Origin: Octopus vulgaris
Taxonomy: Eukaryota
DNA length: 64,000 nucleotides
Assembly (NCBI GenBank): GCA_951406725.2
Contig: OX597817.1
Coordinates: 16,368,001-16,432,000, forward strand
Direction: 5' to 3'
Shown: positions 54,176 through 64,000 of the stretch, piece after piece
How positions within the stretch are numbered: position 1 is the stretch's first letter
How the letters are laid out: each line of letters starts with the position of its first letter
Notes under the pieces: model-generated
What the model saw: the letters and a program-made list of their open reading frames with translations, nothing else
What the model was told of the DNA's origin: nothing
Databases searched by the model: none
Program-made: the position numbers and the translations under genes

Positions 54176-55678
54176 AATAACCATTTACTTTTTATAAACC
54201 AATCCAACAAAATCCTTCTCATTTGGGATTGCCATACGGATGCTGTTTATTTCAATATAACCTAAAGGACTCTTTTTTTTTTTATATATATGTTAGGCTA
54301 GAGAAATGTCTGTCCCTCAGATATACCAATTAAGCTTTGTTGCATCAGTATTTGTATTAATTATAGTGATAGCTTTTGTTGCAATGATATGTCATTGCAG
54401 CTGTAAAGCTTATGCTCTTGCATGTAGCAAACTTTCTAAACTTGCCAGCAATGATATTCATGCCAACAAAACTTCTTGACAACAATTGTACATTCCTATG
54501 TAAATTTGCTTTATTTATTATTTTTATATTTAAACCACAAAAAAGTAATTTTACTTTTTGAAATGTTATTTAATTATATAATTTAAAAGTATGTTTGTTT
54601 TTTGGGTTTTTTTTTACACGTTCAACTTTGCATTAATATCTAATTCCATCCAGCCATTCTTATATGTATTTTCGGTTGTTCTCAAAACACTTCATCTGTC
54701 TCTTAATTTTTTCCTCATTAAAATGGATGCAGGCATGACTGTGTGGTTAAAAAGTTTGTTTCATTATCATGTGGTTCCTAGTTCAACCACACTGCACAGC
54801 ATTTTGGGAAAATGTAACATAGACTTGGATTGGCCTGTGTAGATGGAAATTATGTAGAAGTTCATATGTGTGTGTGCATGTGCATATGTGCATAGATGCC
54901 TAATCATTAAGGTTAGTAGTAGTAAAGAAGAGTACTCTCTACCTAAAGTACAGTGTAATTTATTAGGCCAACTGGAATCAGTATTCTGGGTTTCACAAAC
55001 TTCAAAATTTCTGTCTCAATCATTAAGCTTGCAAACACAGTGTAGATGAACTCTGATTCTGGTTGACCCAATAAAATACACTCAGAGACACACTCAAATA
55101 TGCACAAATGTACATACACACATGCACACATACTGTATGTCGTCATCATAATGTCCACTTTTCCTTGCTTGCATGGATTAGACAGACTTTATTGAGGCAG
55201 ATTTGTTATAGCCAGATGCCCTTTCCATTGCCAACTCTCACCTGTTTCCAAGCAAGGTAGTATTTCTCCTTTGGCCACACATATTCTCGCAGAATATTAG
55301 TACTGAATGACATTGCTTGTATCATCATCGTCATCATCATCTTTTAATGTCTATAGTGACAATCATTTTCAGTTATCAGGTGATGTCCAAGCAAGGTGGT
55401 ACAGAACTCACACACACACATAGATACAATGGGAAAGACAAACAGACAGAAAGAAAATGGAGTTGTTTCAGTTTCTGTCAACCAGAACCACTTGCAATGC
55501 TTTTGGTTGGCCTAAGGCTGTAGTAGAGATACTTGCCCAAAGTACCAGAAAGTGGGATTGAACCTAAGACCATATGGTTGAGAAGCAAACTTCATAACCA
55601 TATAATCTGGCTTGCAACGATATGTGTGTATGTGTATATATCATATGCATACATTGATGTATTTATATGTAAACATGT

Positions 55679-55975
55679 GGAGGCGCAATGGCCCAGTGGT
55701 TAGGGCAGCGAACTCGCGGTCGTAGGATCGCGGTTTCGATTCCCAGACCGGGCGTTGTGAGTGTTTATTGAGCGAAAACACCTAAAAGCTCCACGAGGCT
55801 CCGGCAGGGGATGGTGGTGATCCCTGCTGTACTCTTTCACCACTCTTTCTTCTGTTGGCCTGCTCGCTTAGCCAGCGGGGTGGCATCATTCGAAGGCTAA
55901 AACAATGCGAATGCATTGTGACCAGCGATGTGTAACTACATCTGATGGACTGGTCGGTCACGTGATCACGTGATA
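55679..55975 (+). mobile_element. SINE family B
   Basis: Same head; tail ends (CACGTGAT)2. Confidence 0.85.
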
Positions 55976-58508
55976 TGTAAACATAGAAATATAGATCCAT
56001 ATTTATGCTTGTTTCACTCACAAAGTATTGGTCAATTGAAGCAACAGTAGAAGACATTTGCCAATGTACCATACAGTGGCACACCAGCAAGTCTCTTCTA
56101 CTTTAGTTTCATATATATTGTTATATATATTGTACTCATTTTCATTTATTGGTTTCTATTTGTTTTGTTGCTGAATGAATTACATTAATTTTGACATATC
56201 TTTTTTTTTTTTTGTTTCCCAGTACTAACAACTTTTGTTAAAATGTGCATCATATTATTATATTTAATTAGTTCTTGTTTGTTGTTAGCTTGTTGAATTA
56301 TGGTTTATTTTTTAATGAAATCAAAAACTTATATATGTATCCCTAGGCTTGTTCAGAACTCAATATCTTTATTTCTTATATATGGTTTCAATATCATTGA
56401 CCATTAGAGCAGTTAAGAGCATTGAAATCTCATATTAGAAAATTGGCTTCGGAGTCCAAACCCTCCTTAATAGTATATAAAATAATATACCATCTGAAGA
56501 TGGCCAGAAGATTAACAAAAATGCATGATAAGTGAGTCAAATATTTACTTATTAGTATTAGTTATTTTGTTAAGGCAGCGGGCTGGCAGAATTATTAGCA
56601 TGCCAGGCAAAATGCTTAGGAGTATTTTGTCTCACTATGTTCTGAGTTTAAATTTCTCCGAGGTTGACTTTGCCTATCATCATTTCGGGGTCAATGAAAT
56701 AAGCACCAGTCAAGTGCTGGGGTTGATGTAATTGACTAGTTCCCTCACACCAAATTTCAGGCCTTCTGCCAATAGTAGAAAAGAAAGGATTATTACTTAT
56801 TTTGTACCATTTTCTAAGTCATCCTAAATATTTATCCTGACAAATATATAGGAGTATTTATTAAAAGAAATCTCTTGAATACACAAAGTTGTATGTAGCT
56901 GTTTAAGATATTGCGACTTTGTTTCAAGATTTCTGGCTGTCATCCATAACAAAAATTGCCTTGTAAGAAATGGTTTTATTTAATTAAAAAAAAAAGATTT
57001 TTAATCTATTTTGATATCATACGTCTCATCTAACCATTTTCTTCACATTACATTTTTGTTAATACAATGCCTACTTGATATTCTAGTATTAAAATGTTTA
57101 TTTATAGGGCAAATTTAAAATTATAAACTGTTCAATAAATTTTGATTTACATCTTATAGTTTTCTCTTCCATTTAGAATTATTTCACCAAGTATTGCTTA
57201 TCAGAAACTATTTCAAAATATATACAACACTTTACTAACACTTAAGTTGCTATTCTAACTGTACTATTTCTAAGAATATGCAAATTTTTTTTTTCACTTC
57301 TAGTAACTATTTTAGACGTTTTAGCATATTTCTTAGATTTTTTAAAAATCAAAAACAGTTTATTATGTGGGGTTTTTTTTTCTTCCCAAATTTGTATATT
57401 TACATTTGGATAATTGAGATTAACATTTATAGTTGGATGCTCAACCACTTGAATGTATTGTGGGGTATGTATTAAATATTTTCAGCTAAGTATGCTGAGA
57501 GTAACAGAACTTCGTACTTTGCTGCAGAGTACAACAGTTTGTTGATATTGTTTTCATGTGGTCAGTGGCCCAGTTCCTTAACATTATAGCTTCTTTACCG
57601 CCTTTAATTTTAATTACATAGTTTTTCAAAGAATAATAATTGTAACAGAATTTGTAGCATTGCTCTGTTTGTTGATAATTTTTATCCAATTTACTTTTAA
57701 TTATTTTTTTTCAGCTTTATAGTTTTGATATAATTTTTTTTTTATTTATTCTGCTTTTTTTTAATGAAACGTAATCCAAAAAGTTTCTGTCAAAAAAGAA
57801 AAAAAATCAACTCAAATTGCTGCTTTTTTTTTCTTTTTCTATTTTTGGTTGTAATTTTGAAAAATAAAGTTTTTCATTCATAAATGAAAATAATCAAAAT
57901 AACTGTATAAAAATGATATTACAACTATTTTGAATTGAATCCATGTTTGCATTCAGATATTTTTGAAAAGAAAATACTAACCAAAATAGTTTGTATATAT
58001 ATGTCTTGTATTAATTTATTGATTATTAAAAAAAAATGAGAGAGAATGGTTGTACTATTGACAAGTTGCTGTTTTTCTTTGATAATTTACTTAACATATC
58101 TGCTTTGGATGTAATATATCTGCACAATTTTGAGAAACTACATTCTGAATACTTAACTGATAGTCAACATTTGACAAAATGAAACTTTTTTTTTTTCTTT
58201 TTTGCAAAGTCACTCACGAAATTGTTTATTGAGAAATATACTGTTGCAAGTCTTGCAAATGTTTTGTAGTCTAAAGCTGACTACAAAAGGTATTGCTTTG
58301 GAAAATGGTAAGGGAGAACACTGAACAACTCATTCCACTTTGCAGGGCTCCAAAGTGTTAACAATTTTCATATAGCCAGAATTGAAACTGGATGGGGTGT
58401 CTATTTTTATGAAAGAAGACAAGTTGTTTTTAAAATACGTCTGGTCAGATCTGATTGTAGCATAAAAGTTCTTCCACATGCACATGTTGCTCTTCCAACT
58501 TCTCTAAT

Positions 58509-59165
58509 TATCATCATCATCATCGTTTAACATCCGTTCTCCATGCTAGCATGGGTTGGACGGTTTGACCGGGGATCTGAGAAGCCAGAAGGCTGCACCA
58601 GGCTCCGGTCTTATCTGGCAATGTTTCTACAGCTGGATGCCCTTCCTATCGCCAACCACTCCGTGAGTGTAGTGGGTGCTTTTTACGTGCTACCTGCACT
58701 GGTGCCAGGCGAGGCTGGCAACGGCCACGGTCAGATTGGTGCATTTTACGTGCCACCGGCACGGAAGCCAGTCGAGGCAGCACTGGCTTCGGCCACAATT
58801 CGGATGGTGCTTTTTACGTGCCACCAACACGGAAGCCAGTCGAGGCGGCGCTGGCATTGCCCACGATTTGGATAGTGCTTTTTACGTATCTCCAGTCCAG
58901 GGGTCCTGGCACCTGCCGGGTGCCAGTCATAGGATTGGTTCAATTTCGATTTCGATTTCACTTGCCCCAACAGGTCTTCGCAAGCAAAGGGAGGTTGGCA
59001 TGGGTGCCTGTCGTCGGATGAGGTTCGATATCGACTTCGCTTGCCACAACAGGTCTTTGTGTGTCCTAGGGAGGAAAGGCATGCATAAGTGGGCTGGACT
59101 CACTTGTCCTGCCTGGTCTTCTCACGCACAGCATATTTCCAAAGGTCTCGGTCGCTGGTCTGGTC
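58509..59165 (-). mobile_element. RTE 3' UTR, long copy
   Basis: (ATC)n tail, four repeat units, end of ORF region. Confidence 0.85.
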
Positions 59166-59325
59166 TCGGATAATCATATCAAAAAGTGTTAATGCATTTT
59201 AACAAAAAGTGATTTGGGATAAAGTTTCTATAATGTCAAATGTAATAGTTCTAGCCACATAGAACCATGTATGTTACGTGCATAATGATAGATAATTTTT
59301 TCTGATAATTTTATTACAATTAATA

Positions 59326-60028
59326 TACCTTTTACTTGTTTCAGTTATCAAACTGCAGTCATACTCTCTTTACTCTTTTACCTGTTTCAGTCATTTGACT
59401 GTGGCCATGCTGGAGCACCGCCTTTAGTCGAGCAACTCGACCCCGGGACTTATTCTTTTGTAAGCCCAGTACTTATTCTATCGGTCTCTTTTGCCGAACC
59501 GCTAAGTAACAGGGACATAAACACACCAGCATCGGTTGTCAAGCAATGCTAGGGGGACAAACACAGACACACAAATACACGTATATATATACGACGGGCT
59601 TCTTTCAGTTTCCGTCTACCAAATCCACTCACAAGGCTTTGGTCGGCCCGAGGCTATAGTAGAAAACACTTGTCCAAGGTGCCACGCAGTGGGACTGAAC
59701 CCGGAACCATATGTTTGGTAAACAAGCTACTTACCACACAGCCACTCCTGGGCACTACCTTGAAAATTCTTAATTGAATGAATTAGCCCCAGTTCTTATT
59801 TTAAGCCTAGTACTTATTCCATTGGTCTCTTGCTGAACTGCCAAGTTACAAGGACATAAACACACACACACAACAGGCTTCTTTCAGTTTCCATCTACCA
59901 AATCTACTTACAAGGCTTTGGTCAGCTGGAGGCTGTAGTAGAAGACACTTGTCCAAGGTGCCATGCGGTAGGACTAAACCCGGAATCATGTGGTTGGAAA
60001 GCAGACTTCTTACTATGCTACTATGCCT
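59326..60028 (-). mobile_element. Two family A SINEs, a young copy nested in or next to an older one
   Basis: Young copy ~59361-59750; degenerate copy 59326-59360 + 59755-60028. Confidence 0.8.
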
Positions 60029-60099
60029 GATTGATATATTTTGTCTTTTAGTTAAGAGTCCATGATCCTTTACTGCACCTCTGAGACTGGTTCTGAGAG

Positions 60100-60865
60100 G
60101 GCCTCCACTGAAAAAGATGTAAAAACTCAGACAACCAAAGTATGGCCGCTCCTAAACAAAATAGATATTGTCTGGATATCAATCCTATCACACAACCTTA
60201 AAAGGAATCTCTTTTGTGCAATAGCAAAGTTAGTCCTTTTACATGGAATAGCAGCCTGGTCGCTTACCAAAAGACTAGAATCCAAGCTCGATGGAACTTA
60301 CACTCTGAATGCTAAGAGCAGTCTTAAGCATATCTTGGAGAACACATCCCACCAAGAATCAGCTGTATGGAAATCTTCCTGTATCCTCCATCATAAGGGA
60401 AAGGCACCTTCACTTTGCGGGGCATTGCTGGTGAGCTAAACAAGAGCTGGTAAGTGATATACTTCTATGGATGCCAAAGCATGGCTGTACTCAAGCAGGT
60501 CCTCTGAAAACAATGTATGTAGATCAACTCTATAGAGACACCGGATGTCTCTCTGAAGATCTCACTCAACTAATGCAGGACTGAGATAGAAGGTGTGTGC
60601 AGGTTAACCCTTTAGCATTTAAACCGGCCATATCCAGCCAAAAGTATTCTGCCTGTTTTATGTACAAATTGGCCAGATCTGGTCTCTCACACCAGCCCTA
60701 CAATATCATCTTAAAAATTAACAGCTACCTCATCAAAATCTCATAGCTACAAGATAATGCATGATTAGTTCAAAACAATGTGGATAAAAAAGCACTAATT
60801 TTGGCAGAATAATACGAATACTAAAGGGTTAAAAATGTTTGAACAAGCTCAACCAGATGATGATA
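60100..60865 (+). mobile_element. RTE-like LINE C-terminal fragment
   Basis: LKRNLF.A....VLLHG...WSLTKRLESKLDGTYT; (GAT)n tail. Confidence 0.7.
60608..60828 (+). mobile_element. piggyBac-like MITE
   Basis: TTAA|CCCTTTAG...CTAAAGGG|TTAA. Confidence 0.85.
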
Positions 60866-61039
60866 GCTGAACTTATTCCTACAAGCACAAAATAAGCATC
60901 TCATCTAAGACCAGGAAACTTCAGCTCTACAGAGAATGAATATAAGCCTCAACTTCTTATGATTCTTCCCTCCCATGCTCATTTCACATGTACTCCTACA
61001 TGATATTCCGATAATTATACATGTGTATAATTTTTGTTA

Positions 61040-61385
61040 AGCTGTGTGGTAAGAAGTTTGCTTCTCAGCCACATGGTTCCAGGTTCAGCCCTACTGCATG
61101 GCACCTTGGGCAAGTGTTTTTTACTATAGCCTTAAGCTGACCAAAGCCTTGTGAGTGGATTTGATAAATGGAAAGTGAAAGAAGCCATTTGTGTTAGCTC
61201 CCCACCACTTCTTGACAACTGGTTTTGATGTGTATACATCCCCATAACTTAGCAGTTCGGCAAAAGAGACTGATGGAATAACTATCAGGCTTAAAAAATA
61301 ATTAATAGGGTCAATGCAGTCAAAGTTCTTCAGAGTGGTGCCCCAGCATGGCCTCAGTCTAAATGACTGAAACAAATAAAGGATA
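61040..61385 (+). mobile_element. SINE family A, older copy
   Basis: Degenerate family match. Confidence 0.75.
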
Positions 61386-61621
61386 AGATATCGTGATTTC
61401 AATTCCTAAACCGGGTGGTGCATTGTATTCTTGAGCAAGACACTTCATCTCATGTTGCTCTGCAGTCACTTTAACACCTGATGCATATTACTGCATATTA
61501 CACAGTGCACCTGTTCAGACAACATTGATTTGATTGCTATAAACAAATCATTTGTGCAGGTCATTCTGCAAAAGCTGAGCGCTCATATGTTATCTTCAAT
61601 GGGTGAGTCCATCATATATAT

Positions 61622-61774
61622 ATCATCATCATCATCATCATCATCATTTAACGTCCGTTCTCCATGCTAGCATGGGTTGGACGGTTCGACCGGGGATCTG
61701 GGAAGCCAGAAGGCTGCACCAGGCTCCGGTCTTATCTGGCAATGTTTCTACAGCTGGATGCCCTTCCTAACGCC
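61622..61774 (-). mobile_element. RTE 3' tail
   Basis: (ATC)n tail and UTR. Confidence 0.8.
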
Positions 61775-61789
61775 ATATATATATATATT

Positions 61790-62085
61790 ATCTATGTGCC
61801 CTTTTCAAACCTAGCCAGGCTCATGGCCCGGTTTCTGTGGCGTATGTGTTCCCCCCAGCTGGACGGGACACCAGTCCATCGCAGCGTTACTCAAGAAACA
61901 GGAAAAGAGAGTGAGAGAAAGTTGGGGCAAAAGAGTACAACAGGGATCCCCCACCCCCTGCCGGAGCCTCATGGATATTTTAGGTGTTTTCGCTCAATAA
62001 ACACACACAACGCCCGGTCTGGTAATCGAAACCGCAATCCTCTGACCGTGAGTTCGCTGCCCTAACCACCGGGCCATTGCACCTC
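61790..62085 (-). mobile_element. SINE family B
   Basis: Same head, distinct tail. Confidence 0.85.
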
Positions 62086-62634
62086 TACACACACACACAC
62101 ACACACACACATATAGGCATGTATATATAGACTCCTACTTCTACATATTTGTGTATGTATCTGAAAATGTGTGGGCCTGTAAAGGAAGGCATGCGAATGT
62201 ATTTTTTCAATTATTCATTCAAGATCTAGAATATTCTATATAAATTGAAAGAGTTGTTGCTATGTGTGGTATTTTTAGGTGTGGTTAGTCTCTTACTCTT
62301 TGTCCCCACCACCATTTTATTTGTTTTTTTTTATTTTTATTTTTTCATACATTGTTTGAAGTACTAATTTTTCTGTCTTTCCTTTCCAATCCTACCCTTC
62401 GCTTTGTTCACATTGCATCCTCAGATGTCTGACTCTCACTCACTACTTCCTCACCTCTCTCTCTCCCTACCCCACCATGGATAAATTTTCAAAAGGAAGT
62501 TTCTAACCCTTTCACATACTGTTTCTATTTTCACTTTTAATTTTCATGTTCCTTCTCCTTACCAAACTATCTTTTCTTGTCATTTTGTAGAATCCTCGCT
62601 ATTATACCACTGTGAGTTGCATGAAACTTCTTAA

Positions 62635-62845
62635 CCCTTTTGTTACTAAACCGGCTCTGGCTCTGTAGTACAAATGTCTTGTTTTCATAAGTTTTGCATC
62701 AAAATATACCACCAAACCTTAGTTGCAATTTATATTTCTAACACTAGCTTAATGATAGCTAACTTATTTTACTAAATTTTTTGTTATATTTAAAATAATT
62801 GAAAGAAACACAGAACATCTCAAAATAAATACAGTAACGAAAGGG
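62635..62845. mobile_element. piggyBac-like MITE, second family
   Basis: TTAA|CCCTTTTGTTACT...AGTAACGAAAGGG|TAA. Confidence 0.7.
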
Positions 62846-63062
62846 TAAGGCAGTATTCTATGGCCATATGCCCTTCCTGACAACAGTCATTATTAGTTTT
62901 TCAAGTAATATATTTTATCCCATGTCTTTGCTTGTTGGACCACTGAACTGCTGAACTTTATGGTTTATGTAGGACATAAACTCACCACTGCCCAAGTTGT
63001 TTCAATACAAGGACATGCACATGCAACTACACATTCATATACATGTCTGTAGTACACATTAG

Positions 63063-63915
63063 TGCGGGAATGGATGTGTGGTAAGAAGTTTGCTTCCTAA
63101 CCACATGGTTCTGGGTTCAGTCCCACTACATGGCACTTTGGGCAAGAGTCTTTTTCTTTAACTTCAAGCCAACCAAAGCTTTGTGAGTGGATTTGGTTGA
63201 CAGAAACTGAAAGAAGTCTGTTATATATATATCATCATCATCATCGTTTAACGTCCGCTTTCCATGCTAGCATGGGTTGGACGGTTCAACTGGGGTCTGG
63301 GAAGCCCGAAGGCTGCACCAGGCCAGTCAGATCTGGCAGTGTTTCTACAGCTGGATGCCCTTCCTAACCCCAACCACTCCGTGAGTGTAGTGGGTGCTTT
63401 TTATGTACCACCGGCACGGAGGCCAGGCGAGGCTGGCACAGCCACGATCAGATGGTGTTTGTTACGTGCCACCAGCATGGAGGCCAGGCGAGGCTGGCAC
63501 AGCTATGTGTGTCTTTGTGTTTGTCCCCCACTACCATACTTGACAACCAGTGGTTCAGTAAAAAGTGACTGATAGAATCATGGGCCCAGGTGCAGAGGGG
63601 TGCAAGTGCACTTCTTAAAATTTTTGGTGCAAAATCAAAATTTGCAACCCTACTTACTTTTTTTCATATTTAAGAAACAATATGTAAAAGTAGCTTAAAA
63701 TTAGGTTTCTTCTAAAGAACAAAAATAAATAGATGAAACAACTCCTTATTTGTAAAAAAAAAATTGGGGATTTGGGATTGCACCCCCTAAGCAAATTTCA
63801 TTCCTGAGCTAGTGGATAGAATAAATACCAGGCTTAAAATAAAAATAAGTATTAAGATCCTTCAAGGAGGTGCCACAGCATGGCCAGTCTGATTAATGAA
63901 ACAAATAAAAGATTA
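63063..63915 (+). mobile_element. Old family A SINE split by an RTE tail (63231-63500) and a MITE
   Basis: Head 63063-63225; tail resumes at 63500 and again at 63815. Confidence 0.75.
63579..63814. mobile_element. hAT-like MITE with 8-bp TSD
   Basis: GATAGAAT|CATGGGCCCAGG...CCTGAGCTAGTG|GATAGAAT. Confidence 0.75.
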
Positions 63916-64000
63916 ATACTGTCTCATGAAGTCTCACTTAACCTAAACCTTACAGAAAAAAGCAGTTGTGAAAATGGCATTAGGAAGGGCATCTAACCAT

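Noticed and set aside
56492-56520. CTGAAGATGGCC hammerhead core
   Set aside because: No complementary stem II or GAAA follows.
58675-58895. CRISPR array
   Set aside because: Eukaryotic LINE UTR; spacers are related to each other; no cas genes.

Overview
AT-rich, repeat-dense animal genomic DNA. It is most likely an octopus (coleoid cephalopod), inferred from the tRNA-derived SINE families and microsatellite load. Two + strand protein-coding genes are supported by homology and phase-consistent splice sites: the last four coding exons of YME1L1 (mitochondrial i-AAA protease, 116-8928), and a complete 147-aa C15orf61-like gene (48046-48361 + 54048-54175). The rest is mostly transposon debris: three SINE families, RTE and CR1 LINE fragments, a decayed Gypsy LTR element, two mariner relics, non-autonomous Helitrons, and hAT-, piggyBac- and Merlin-like MITEs. 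Almost all other ORFs in the track are repeat-derived or spurious. I see no clear new multi-gene system. The best leads are RNA-structural: Penelope-type hammerhead-like motifs (one in a TSD-flanked 265-nt hairpin), a variable-number hairpin array in the RTE 3' UTR, one SINE head with four different tails, a telomere-repeat-containing foldback element, a shared insertion site inside a SINE, and a decayed Cys-rich transposon ORF fused to a Helitron end. Family assignments are from memory of motifs; no database search was run.
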